This document shows, piece by piece, positions 17,430-26,860 of a stretch of 64,000 bases of DNA. Source of the DNA: Myxococcota bacterium (lineage in GTDB: Bacteria > Myxococcota_A > Polyangia > JAAYKL01). The DNA lies in contig JANQET010000406.1 in the NCBI GenBank assembly GCA_028278265.1, forward strand, positions 3,171 to 67,170. Direction: 5' to 3'. The translations under genes were made by a program, and so were the position numbers. The notes under the pieces are model-generated. The model was given only the letters and a program-made list of their open reading frames with translations, was not told the DNA's origin and did no database searches. Numbering within the stretch: the stretch's first letter is position 1; each line of letters starts with the position of its first letter.

Positions 17430-19229
17430 ATGTTTTTTCGTCTGCCTGCGAGCTTACCTTTTTCCATTCTACTTCTTTGCATCATCTCCTGCGGCCGGAT
17501 TGAATTCGAAAATCTCGATTTCTCGGATGGTGGTGGCACCGGGGATGCTGATACAAACAGCGACGCCGATGTAGACACCGACACTGATACGGATACGGAT
17601 GGGGACACAGATAGTGATGCCGACACAGATAGCGACAGCGATACGGACACAGATGTGGACACGGACACAGATTCAGACACAGATACGGACACAGATTCAG
17701 ACACAGACACAGATAGCGACGGAGACACAGACATCGATACCTGTCCCGATGGTTTTATCTGGAGCGGTACTATCTGCACCGAGGTAAACAACTGTGGGGA
17801 GATCCAAGAGCTAAACAGCAATCTTCCCAGTGGCGACTATTCCATCATTCCCCCCACTGCGCCGCCGCTTCCCGAGGCGGGTTGCACCTATCACACCTAC
17901 AACCACCACGCCTACTATTACTGCGATACCCCCACAGAGTGGGCAACCGCTCGGGACAACTGCCGCCAGGTGGGAATGGAACTGGTCCGGATAAACGATG
18001 GCGATGAGAATATTTTTGTCCACAGCACCATCACGGCGGACTGCTGGTTAGGGGGCAACGACATTGAGAGCGATACCAACTGGTATTGGGTAAACGGCCA
18101 CAATAGCGCCACTCCATTTTGGCAGGGGTGGGCAGATGGCAATGCGGTGGATGGGTTGTACGAGAATTGGGCGCCAACAGAACCCAACGATGGGGCAGAA
18201 GATGAAGATTGTGCCGAGATGATCAGCGGAAGCTCCCAATGGAATGATCGCCCCTGCACCGGATACGATAGACCCTACATGTGCGAGTCCGCGTTTACCC
18301 CAAGAGCGCCCAGTGGCGATTGCCACCATTGGATATACAACCAACACCACTACTATTTCTGTCGCATTGGTCTCTCCTGGGCAGAGGCGCGGGACGCCTG
18401 CCGAGGGGTGGGAATGAATCTGCTGCGCATCGACGACTCTGACGAAAACAGCTTTGTCACCAGTCATCTGGAAGTGAGCACCTGGCACAGCGCCAATGAT
18501 CTGGCAGTGGAGGGGGCATGGCGATTTGCGCAAAACGGCAACCGGGAAGGAGATCAGTTCTGGAGCGGTGGCAGCATCGGCAACGGCGGTTCAGCCGTCG
18601 ATGGGCACTACAGCAACTGGAATACCAATGAGCCCAATGACCCCGGGAACAATGAGAACTGCGGCATGATAGCGGCCACAGGCACCTGGAACGATGGGCT
18701 CTGCACCGATCCGCTTGACTATGTGTGCGAGCAAACCTACTTTGCTATCCCCGCTGCGATTCCGGCTGGCAGCTGCGCCCACATTCCATTTGAAGAGAAA
18801 AACTACTTCGCCTGCGTGGATAAAATGGCCTGGATCGATTCTCGGGACAACTGCCGGGCCGCGCAAATGGAGCTGGTGCGCATCGACAACCCGACAGAAA
18901 ACGCCTTGATAAAAGGCCTCATCGAGTGGCACACCTGGATGGCGGCCAACGATCTCTCTGTGGAAGGGGAATGGCGATATGCTGATAACGGCACCAACGA
19001 CGGCGATCAATTCTGGAGCGGTGGCTCCGTGGGTAGTGGCGGCGTGCCCGTGGGCGGACTCTTCAGCGACTGGTATGTGGATGAACCCAACAATTTGGGC
19101 ACCGCGGAGCACTGCGCCACCATGCAATTCGCCACCCATCAATGGAACGACGACTACTGCACCAATTATGAGAACAACCGGGTTTGCGAAGCAGCCAATC
19201 CCACCCAAACGGTCACCTGTACGTTCTAG
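17430..19229 (+). CDS. Lipoprotein with DT stalk and three C-type lectin domains
   Basis: IISC-GRIEF lipobox and a DT/DS tract. Three domains each carry W..AR..C, L.RID..EN, W...ND, EPN and WND..C. Confidence 0.9.
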   Translation: MFFRLPASLPFSILLLCIISCGRIEFENLDFSDGGGTGDADTNSDADVDTDTDTDTDGDTDSDADTDSDSDTDTDVDTDTDSDTDTDTDSDTDTDSDGDTDIDTCPDGFIWSGTICTEVNNCGEIQELNSNLPSGDYSIIPPTAPPLPEAGCTYHTYNHHAYYYCDTPTEWATARDNCRQVGMELVRINDGDENIFVHSTITADCWLGGNDIESDTNWYWVNGHNSATPFWQGWADGNAVDGLYENWAPTEPNDGAEDEDCAEMISGSSQWNDRPCTGYDRPYMCESAFTPRAPSGDCHHWIYNQHHYYFCRIGLSWAEARDACRGVGMNLLRIDDSDENSFVTSHLEVSTWHSANDLAVEGAWRFAQNGNREGDQFWSGGSIGNGGSAVDGHYSNWNTNEPNDPGNNENCGMIAATGTWNDGLCTDPLDYVCEQTYFAIPAAIPAGSCAHIPFEEKNYFACVDKMAWIDSRDNCRAAQMELVRIDNPTENALIKGLIEWHTWMAANDLSVEGEWRYADNGTNDGDQFWSGGSVGSGGVPVGGLFSDWYVDEPNNLGTAEHCATMQFATHQWNDDYCTNYENNRVCEAANPTQTVTCTF

Positions 19230-19330
19230 CCGCGGAGTCTACCGTAACGCAGAAAGCGTAAAGCCAAAGACTGAGAGATGCTCGGTCTGGGCATCATTCC
19301 CTATTTCTGGCTGACCACATCGTGGCCTTT

Positions 19331-19464
19331 GCATAATCCGCGGCAATCCGCCCAAATCCGCCCAAATCCGTCCCAATCCGTCCCAATCCGTCAATGATTA
19401 TGTCGCAATAATCGATATTTCTCATCGGTAAACGATAAACCTCCGGTCAGTCGGCGCGCTCGAT
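19331..19464 (+). repeat. Right copy of island-bounding direct repeat
   Basis: Same sequence as 1727-1841 with two extra AATCCGYCCM 10-mer units and a few substitutions. Confidence 0.9.
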
Positions 19465-19654
19465 CCCCCCTTGATCAGCTAACCATTAGGATTATCTCAC
19501 TTTTTCAGATAATCTCTTTTTTAGAGAAATATATTGCGTTTTTCTTCAAAAGGAATGATATATGGAAATATATTTGATGCTGTGCTAGTTAATTAACCGT
19601 TATAGGCACGTAAGAAAAAGGACAGGAATAAAGAAAATAGTCGAGAAGATAGCG

Positions 19655-20434
19655 ATGGACAACATTATCTCAAATGAGGCGCTGGAAAGGCTCGATAATC
19701 GAGCTGAACGCGTTCGACAATTGATGACGTCCAGCACGCAAGCTCAAATCACCCAACTCTGGAAACAACTCGATTTCTCACTGATTTATCACGATTGTGC
19801 GCTGGAAGGGCAAGTGGTCAGCTCGGATGAGCTCAATGCGGCGTTCAACGAACGGACGGTGACCGATGCGTCCTCGCTGCAGCTTTACAACGCGCTCCGA
19901 TCGCAGCGACGGGCCGTTGATCTGGTTCGGGAGATGGCCGCTCAAGAACAACTCGTTTTTTCGATCGATTTATTCAAGCAGTTTCACCACCTCTACGTTC
20001 CCTCCGCATCGAACCCGGAAAAAATCAAACACGGCCACTATCGCAAAGAGATTCCCCTACACCGCTCCTATTTTCACGAGATATCCGAGCCCGCGAGAAT
20101 CTCCGGCAACATGCGCCAGCTGATCGCTTGGCTCAACGACCCCGAAGAAGCGTTGGCCCTGCACCCCCTCAAGTGGGTGGCCAAGTTTCACTACCGCTTC
20201 ATGCGCATTTTTCCCTTTGCTGAAACGTCGGGCAAAATCGCCCGGGCGACGATGAACATGGTGCTCATTCGCACCGGCTACCTGCCGGCGATCATCCACG
20301 CCACCGAGCGGCAGCGCTACTACGAGTGCATTCGTCAACCCCTGCCCGAGCTCACCCGGTTGCTGGCGGAATCGGCCAACTCGTCCCTCGACGCGGCAGA
20401 GAAATTCCTGCGCAGACGGGCCAAGGCGTCATAG
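19655..20434 (+). CDS. Fic-domain protein with degenerate active site (pseudo-Fic)
   Basis: IYHDCALEG, GHYRK and the motif IFPFAETSGKIAR in place of HPFxDGNGRxxR. Confidence 0.85.
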   Translation: MDNIISNEALERLDNRAERVRQLMTSSTQAQITQLWKQLDFSLIYHDCALEGQVVSSDELNAAFNERTVTDASSLQLYNALRSQRRAVDLVREMAAQEQLVFSIDLFKQFHHLYVPSASNPEKIKHGHYRKEIPLHRSYFHEISEPARISGNMRQLIAWLNDPEEALALHPLKWVAKFHYRFMRIFPFAETSGKIARATMNMVLIRTGYLPAIIHATERQRYYECIRQPLPELTRLLAESANSSLDAAEKFLRRRAKAS

Positions 20435-20466
20435 GGAAACGAACAGGGCGCCGGCGTTCCGGTCTG

Positions 20467-21348
20467 CTAGAGTCTTCGCAAAAACTCCGGACGAATAAAG
20501 GGAGAATCCGGCTTGGCCAGGGCGGTGTCGATCTGTTCGAGCAACCGTGCTTTGTCGGCTTGGAGCTCCCCGGCGAGGGCCAAGTAGTTCGACGCGTGAT
20601 TGGAGCGGAAGGTGATGCCGTCGGCGTGCATGTTTTCGATCAGGACGCGACATTCGGCGAGCGATTCGGCCGCATCCAGAGGCCGCCAATCCGGATCGCC
20701 GAAGACCTCCTCGAAGCTCGGTTCTCTCGGTTCGATCATCAGGGTCAGTGCAGAAGCGTACTTGGGGGTGATCCGGTCGAGAACCTGCGCGGTGGCCACA
20801 GCGTGCTCCTGTGAGAGACGGGGACCGCCCAGCCCCAAAATGCAGGTGATCGACAAATCGATACCCGCCTCGGTCGGCTTGCGGCAGAGCTCAATGATTT
20901 CACGGGAGTCGACCCCCTTGTGAATCCGGCGCAGCACTTCGTCGTGTCCCGATTCCAGCCCCACGTAGAGCATGGTCAGCCCGGCCTCGCGCAGCCCCTT
21001 GAGCTCCTCGACACTCTTCTTTTTGAAATTCTGCGGGCAGGCATACATGGTCACCCGCTTGAGCCCGGTCAGCTCTGCATACAGTTTTTCCAAAATGGCC
21101 AGCAGTTTATTGGAGGACAAGACGAGGGCATCCCCGTCGGCGAGAAACACCCGGTCGACCGACGGAATCTCCCGGCCGGCCCATTCGATTTCGGTAAACA
21201 ACTCCTCCTTGGGGCGCACGCGAAACGGCTTCTGCTGATAACTGACACAAAACGCACAGCGATTGTGCGAACACCCCCAAGTGGCTTGAAAGATGAGTGA
21301 ATGGGCCTCGGACGGTGGTCGGTAGAGCGGCTCTCGATAGCGGATCAC
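20467..21348 (-). CDS. Radical SAM protein
   Basis: YRPPSEA, CSHNRCAFC (CxxxCxxC), FLADGDAL, GLESG and FRSNHASNY. Confidence 0.92.
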   Translation of the reverse strand: MIRYREPLYRPPSEAHSLIFQATWGCSHNRCAFCVSYQQKPFRVRPKEELFTEIEWAGREIPSVDRVFLADGDALVLSSNKLLAILEKLYAELTGLKRVTMYACPQNFKKKSVEELKGLREAGLTMLYVGLESGHDEVLRRIHKGVDSREIIELCRKPTEAGIDLSITCILGLGGPRLSQEHAVATAQVLDRITPKYASALTLMIEPREPSFEEVFGDPDWRPLDAAESLAECRVLIENMHADGITFRSNHASNYLALAGELQADKARLLEQIDTALAKPDSPFIRPEFLRRL

Positions 21349-21372
21349 GGTTCCTCGTTCCTCGGCGCTTCG

Positions 21373-22548
21373 CTACTTGCGCATCACTGCGGCAAGTGCC
21401 TGCAATGCCCCGTCGATGGTCTCATCCTTGACGCAGTAGGCGATGCGAAAATACCCGGGTTGGCCGAATCCGGTGCCCGGCACCACCAATACCCGCTTTG
21501 CTTTGAGGGTCTCGATGAAGGCCATGTCATCACCGCCGGGCGCTTTGGGAAAGAGGTAGAACGCCCCACCGGGATAGGGGGTCTGATAGCCCAGCTCGGT
21601 CAAAGCGCTGTAAATTCGGTCTCTCTTTTTGCGGTACCAGTCCAGATCGATCACATCATCCTGCAAGGAGGCCACCACCCGCTGCATCAGCGCCGGTGCG
21701 TTGACAAATCCCAAACAGCGGTTTGCAAACGCCATCCCGGCAAACACCCGCTGCCACCCCTGACACCGGGGGGAGATCAGCAAAAATCCGATGCGCTCCC
21801 CGGGGATGCCCAAATCTTTGGAGTGGCTCGACGCGAAGAGGGTATTTTCATAGGCCTTGAGGGAGCTCGTGCAGAGGTCCATATCGTAAACCAGTTTTCG
21901 ATAGGGCGCGTCATCCAGCAAAAAAATCGGGGCTTCCCGGCCGGCAGAGTGTCGCCGCAGCACGTCTCCCACCTCGTCGAGGGTTTGCTGAGGATAGACC
22001 ACTCCACTGGGATTGTTGGGATTGTTGATCAGCACCACCTTGGTCTTATCGGTGATCGCCGCTTCAATCGCTTGGGGATCGAGATCGAAATCCGCCTTGG
22101 TGTCCACGAAGACCACCTTGCCCCCGTGATTTTCGGCGTAGAACTGGTATTCGACAAAGTAGGGTCGGGAGACGATCACCTCATCGCCTGGGTTGAGCAG
22201 CACTTTCAGCGCCACATTGATCGCCCCTGCCGCGCCGACGGTCATCACCACCTGATCCTTGCTGCAACCATCGAGCCCCGCGTCGCGACCGACCGATTGG
22301 GCGACCGCTTCCCGGGTTTCCTCATACCCGGCATTCGCCATATATTTGTGCGCGCCGGGAACGTTGCCACCCGCCGCATGTTCCAACGCCGTTTTGAACT
22401 TTTGAATCGGCTCCAGATCCGGATTGCCGATGGTCAGGTCATATACCGGCTCGGCGCTCTCCTTGCTCAGTCGCTGGCCCTCTTCGAACAGGTTTCGGAT
22501 CCAGGATCCCCGCTTGAGATACTCGCTTAGCTGTTTGGAAATAGGCAT
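21373..22548 (-). CDS. PLP-dependent class I/II (aspartate) aminotransferase
   Basis: IGNPD, NNPNNPSG, DAPY, SHSKDLGIPGERIG and YFRIAY. Confidence 0.93.
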   Translation of the reverse strand: MPISKQLSEYLKRGSWIRNLFEEGQRLSKESAEPVYDLTIGNPDLEPIQKFKTALEHAAGGNVPGAHKYMANAGYEETREAVAQSVGRDAGLDGCSKDQVVMTVGAAGAINVALKVLLNPGDEVIVSRPYFVEYQFYAENHGGKVVFVDTKADFDLDPQAIEAAITDKTKVVLINNPNNPSGVVYPQQTLDEVGDVLRRHSAGREAPIFLLDDAPYRKLVYDMDLCTSSLKAYENTLFASSHSKDLGIPGERIGFLLISPRCQGWQRVFAGMAFANRCLGFVNAPALMQRVVASLQDDVIDLDWYRKKRDRIYSALTELGYQTPYPGGAFYLFPKAPGGDDMAFIETLKAKRVLVVPGTGFGQPGYFRIAYCVKDETIDGALQALAAVMRK

Positions 22549-22626
22549 CTTCTCACCTCACTTGTGGCTCAGCTAGTGCATCGGTCGCGCCGGCCGAATT
22601 TTCACCGATCTACTGAACAGACGAGG

Positions 22627-23124
22627 TCAATCCGCGCCGGGCGGTCCGTGGAGCGCTTCTCTGAGCGTTTCGGGTAACCGAGTCGGTCGACCATTGGGAT
22701 TGACCACGGCGTGACGGGTGTACCCCCGAACCAGCTCTTTTCCCCCACAGCAGATCACGTACTCGAAGCGGACTTGCGCACGCCCCACATCGGCGACCTT
22801 TGTCTTGATTTCCAACAGATCGTCGTACCGGGCGGGTTTGAGATACTCCGCATGGGCCTCGACGACCGGAAGGCTCAGGCCGCTCTTCTCGACCTGGGAA
22901 TAGGGCATATTGCGAATGCGCATGTAGTGTGCGCGGCCGGTTTCGAACCAGCGAAGATAGGTGGCGTGGTAGACCATACCCATGCCGTCCGTGTCCGCAT
23001 AGAGCACGCGGGCCTGACATTGCGCTGTTTGGTGTTCCCCCGAATTGGCCGTTTCCCCGGTGAATGGCGCACAGGTAGCAGTTCTCATGTTCGGTCGAAT
23101 ACCACTTGCGCGCTTGTACGGCAA
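22627..23124 (-). CDS. YbgC/FadM-family acyl-CoA thioesterase (start uncertain)
   Basis: RVLYADTDGMGMVYHATYLRWFETGR and YLKPARYDD hot-dog fold motifs. Confidence 0.9.
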   Translation of the reverse strand: MPYKRASGIRPNMRTATCAPFTGETANSGEHQTAQCQARVLYADTDGMGMVYHATYLRWFETGRAHYMRIRNMPYSQVEKSGLSLPVVEAHAEYLKPARYDDLLEIKTKVADVGRAQVRFEYVICCGGKELVRGYTRHAVVNPNGRPTRLPETLREALHGPPGAD

Positions 23125-23140
23125 GAAATACTTGGGATGA

Positions 23141-24448
23141 CTAGAATTTTGTAGCGCTGGTGAAATTAAACTCGCTCGCCTTGATCACCGGAACATAGGA
23201 CATGCCCCAGTTGGAGACCAGCTGCGGCCTGCCCACCGCGGTGACCCGGCTCAGCAGGCCGACCGCGCTGTCGTTGAAGCGAAGATTCTTGACCGGGCCC
23301 TTGATCGCTCCGTCTTCCACGAGAAAGGTGCCGTCCCGGGTGGTTCCGGTGTAGAGGTCGCGCATCCGGTCAACGGAACGAATGTACCAAAACCGGGTGA
23401 TCAGCAGTCCCCGTTTGGTCGATTTGATCATCTCCTCGGTGGTGGTGGTTCCCCCGGCGATGATGATGTTGGGGGGATAGCCGGTGAACGTCCGGCCCTG
23501 CTTCTTGGCCCAAAACCGGGAGTACATCAGGTTTTTCACCACGCCGTCGCGAATCCAATCCAGGCGCTGGAGCGGCATGCCTTCATCGTTGAAGGGACGG
23601 GCCGGACAGGCTGCTTCGTGGGGATCGCTGTACAGGTGGATCAGCGGCGCGGCGATCTGGGCGCCATTTTTGCCGCTCATGAAGGTCCGTCCCTCGTCGC
23701 TGGCCTTGGCGTCCAGTTGGTTCCAAATGAACGACGAAATCAGACTTCCCACGGCCGACGGCTCCAAAATGACCTCGTACCGGCCCGGCTCGAGATCCTG
23801 CGGAGCCCGTCCGTTGAGCGCTTTGTCCACCCCCCGCTGGGCAATGGACTCGATGTCGAGGGCCGACACATCGCGGGAGACGCCCTGGGCCCATCCCACG
23901 CTGTCGTCGGAGGTCGCCGAGAAGGTCAGCTCGGCCGAGGTGTTTCGACCGTAGACGAAATGTCCTGCCGAGTTGCCCATCGCCCTCAACCAACCACCGG
24001 TTTCGAACGCGCCGGCACCGGTCAGTCCTTTTTTATCCGCCAGAGTGACGGCTCGGGCGATCGCCGCCGCGCGATCGGTCGGGGTAGCGGTGGCGGTACC
24101 TTCGGACCAGGCGTCGGTCTCCTCTATCTCGGCGGGTTCCACCGGGGGCATGTACTCCGGATCAGGGGGGGTCAGCCGGGCGATATCCTCGGCTTGCTTG
24201 ACGCAGGCGGCGATGGCATCGGGTTTGAGCACATTGGTCGACGACTGGCCCGAGCTGGCACCGAACGTGGCTTCGACAGACAAGGTCAGGTCTCCGCGCA
24301 CCACGTTTTGATTGATCTCACTGTTGGCATATCGCGTGGCGCCGGACTGGAATCCGCTGACATTCACCACGGTGTTGTCCGCGATGGACGCCTTGAGCGC
24401 CCGATCGATCAACGACTGAATGGTCTCTTTTTTCCAATTGTTCATCAT
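23141..24448 (-). CDS. TldE/PmbA-family protein (non-catalytic partner)
   Basis: TRYANSEI, PGRYEVILEP and TGTTRDG; no HExxxH. It follows the TldD gene, with a GGAG RBS before ATG 24448. Confidence 0.9.
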   Translation of the reverse strand: MMNNWKKETIQSLIDRALKASIADNTVVNVSGFQSGATRYANSEINQNVVRGDLTLSVEATFGASSGQSSTNVLKPDAIAACVKQAEDIARLTPPDPEYMPPVEPAEIEETDAWSEGTATATPTDRAAAIARAVTLADKKGLTGAGAFETGGWLRAMGNSAGHFVYGRNTSAELTFSATSDDSVGWAQGVSRDVSALDIESIAQRGVDKALNGRAPQDLEPGRYEVILEPSAVGSLISSFIWNQLDAKASDEGRTFMSGKNGAQIAAPLIHLYSDPHEAACPARPFNDEGMPLQRLDWIRDGVVKNLMYSRFWAKKQGRTFTGYPPNIIIAGGTTTTEEMIKSTKRGLLITRFWYIRSVDRMRDLYTGTTRDGTFLVEDGAIKGPVKNLRFNDSAVGLLSRVTAVGRPQLVSNWGMSYVPVIKASEFNFTSATKF

Positions 24449-24459
24449 TATACTCCGCC

Positions 24460-26097
24460 TCACACCGCGCGTCGCACAGTGATGTTCTTGAATCTGGCCG
24501 GAACGCATTTGTGCGAAATCTGGCTGCTCTGCATCGGATCCCCCTTGCCACAGTAAAACGTGCCGTAGGGCTGCCAGGCCCGTTCGTCGCACAGGGCGTC
24601 GCAGGAGCCCCAGAAATTGGGGGTAATCGCCGAGTAGGTGACATCGCGGAGCATGCGCAGCTTTTTACCGTTCTTGATTTCGAAAAAGGCGTCGCCGCCG
24701 AATTGGAAGTTGAGCCGTTTGTTGTCGATGCTGAACGATCCCGACCCGTCGATCAGGATGCCCCGCTTGGTGTCGGCGATGATGTCATCGAGGGTGGCTC
24801 GCTGCTCGCCGGGCATCAGGCAGATGTTGGCCATGCGCAGGATCGGAATCGACCGCCAGGAATCGGCGCGGCAGGAGCCGTGACTGGTCTTGTGGTTCAT
24901 CGCGTGCACCACTTCCCGATTGCTGGAGTAGCCCACCAGCGTTCCTTGGCGAATGATATCCCAATCCTGACACCTGACCCCATCGTCATCGTAGCCCACC
25001 GACGCGAGCAATCCCGGCGGGGTGTTGAGCGCCTTGATATTGACCTTTTTCGAGCCGTACTCGAGCTTGCCCAACTGGTCGATGGTGGCGAAACTGCCCC
25101 CGGACAAGCTTTCTTCCATTCCGAGCACCCGATCCAGCTCGGTGGCGTGGCCGATGGACTCGTGAATGGTCAACCACAAATGGCTGGGCAGGAGGATCAA
25201 ATCGTACGGTCCGTCCGGCGAGGGGGTAGCCGTCAGCATCTCGACCGCCTCCCGGGCCACCCGCTTTGCGTGATCCGGGAACGCGGCCCCTTTGACGAGC
25301 TCGTAGCCGCCGGCATACGGGGGCGGGCTGTAGCCCCGGGATTTGGCGTCACCCTTTTCCACCGCGGTCGCGCGAATGCCCGATTGCACCCGCAACATAT
25401 CGGTCTCGATCAGCGAGCCGTCACTGTTGGCGATGGTTCTCAGCTCGTTGGAAAAATGCATGTAGGAGCGGGCTTTGCGCACCTTGCCCACCCGGAGCAT
25501 CTTGTCATTGACCGCCAGCAACAGGGCCACTTTTTCGTCACAGGACACCTCGAACGGATCGCTCAATCGGGGCGAGGAAAACTGGTCCTGATGGGGGGGT
25601 TCGTCAGCCAGTGTAATCGGCGGACCTTTGCGCACGGTGGCGCTGGCTTTGCCCACTTCGACCGCAGTGGCCGCCGCCGCTTCCACACCCTCGGGGGACA
25701 GATCCGCAGTGGCGGCAAATCCCCAGGAGCCGTTGGCGATGACGCGAATGCCAATCCCCTGACTCAAGCTGTCAGAGATACCGCTGACCCGTCGGTCTTC
25801 GGTCGAAACGTACTGGTCGCGCTCGATCATCACCCGGGCGTCGGCAAAGGTGGCCCCCAGACGCTGGGCCACGGCCACAGCGCTCTGTGCGAGATCGCGA
25901 ATCGCCGATGGGGGCAAGGCCAACTGATCGGCAGTCCGACCCATCAGGGTGCCGGAAGCCCCTGTTTGGAGTCCCGGACCACAACCGGTCGAAAGCGCCC
26001 CTGGCACACCGGCCGAGACCGCGGCAAGGCCCATCGCCTTGAGCGCCTCACGTCGACTGAACGCACCAAACGGACGGTGCTTGATCTTCTTGCTCAT
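24460..26097 (-). CDS. tldD: TldD-family metalloprotease with Tat signal
   Basis: HESIGH zinc motif, YDDDG, RMAN and CGKG. The N-terminus has SRREALK, a hydrophobic stretch and STGC. Confidence 0.9.
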   Translation of the reverse strand: MSKKIKHRPFGAFSRREALKAMGLAAVSAGVPGALSTGCGPGLQTGASGTLMGRTADQLALPPSAIRDLAQSAVAVAQRLGATFADARVMIERDQYVSTEDRRVSGISDSLSQGIGIRVIANGSWGFAATADLSPEGVEAAAATAVEVGKASATVRKGPPITLADEPPHQDQFSSPRLSDPFEVSCDEKVALLLAVNDKMLRVGKVRKARSYMHFSNELRTIANSDGSLIETDMLRVQSGIRATAVEKGDAKSRGYSPPPYAGGYELVKGAAFPDHAKRVAREAVEMLTATPSPDGPYDLILLPSHLWLTIHESIGHATELDRVLGMEESLSGGSFATIDQLGKLEYGSKKVNIKALNTPPGLLASVGYDDDGVRCQDWDIIRQGTLVGYSSNREVVHAMNHKTSHGSCRADSWRSIPILRMANICLMPGEQRATLDDIIADTKRGILIDGSGSFSIDNKRLNFQFGGDAFFEIKNGKKLRMLRDVTYSAITPNFWGSCDALCDERAWQPYGTFYCGKGDPMQSSQISHKCVPARFKNITVRRAV

Positions 26098-26166
26098 CTT
26101 CAAACTCCTTATTATCCGCGCTTTTTAAGGAACCCACTTGTCACAAATTGGCCTAAACTCTACCGC

Positions 26167-26826
26167 CTAAACAACAACGCGACAAGGCATCTTCGCTCCA
26201 TCGATCCTGGCGACCACCCGCACCGGTGAGGAGTCGGCGTCCAATTTGAGGGGGAAGGCGAAGAGCTCGACCCGATCCCGGTTGACCAACTCCGCCAGAC
26301 CACAGAGGTTCTCCAGGATGCAGATGCCCGCCTCGAAGAATTTCCGATGCGCGGGGTAGGGCGGTTTGTCCGGCGAGGGTGAATCCACGCCGATGATCTT
26401 GATCTGCCGCTCGACCAAGTAGTCGACCAAGCCCTCATCGATCACCGGATAGTCGGTAAAGTACCGCTCGGATCCCCAATAGCGATCGAAACCGGTGCGA
26501 AACAAGACGATATCCCCGGCGGATATGCGCTGTTCCATTTGTGTGGTCCGGACGATGGGATCCGCCTTCGAGCCGTCGAACACCACGGCGTTGCCCGCGA
26601 ATCGATCAATCGGGAAATCGGCTACGAATCCGGGCCGAGGCAAAAAATGCAACGGCGTGTCCAGATGGGTCCCGCTGTGAACATTCATCGACACCTGATA
26701 ATTCGAATAGTTGTCGACGTCGATGTGGCGGTATTGTTCCACAGTCACAGCAGATTCACCGGGAAACACCGGCGTTCGGGAATTCAACCGTTGGGTCAAA
26801 TCAACCCACGAGCTGTCGCTTTTCAT
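26167..26826 (-). CDS. Cyclase family / kynurenine formamidase-like metal hydrolase
   Basis: HSGTHLDTPLH, FRTG, GVDSPSPD, ILENL and SPVRVVA. Confidence 0.9.
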   Translation of the reverse strand: MKSDSSWVDLTQRLNSRTPVFPGESAVTVEQYRHIDVDNYSNYQVSMNVHSGTHLDTPLHFLPRPGFVADFPIDRFAGNAVVFDGSKADPIVRTTQMEQRISAGDIVLFRTGFDRYWGSERYFTDYPVIDEGLVDYLVERQIKIIGVDSPSPDKPPYPAHRKFFEAGICILENLCGLAELVNRDRVELFAFPLKLDADSSPVRVVARIDGAKMPCRVVV

Positions 26827-26860
26827 CAGACGATCCTTTTTTTATTCACCACCGCAACGC

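Noticed and set aside
1841..19330. Integron cassette array
   Set aside because: There is no integrase, no recurring attC-like sites, and the genes lie in mixed orientations.
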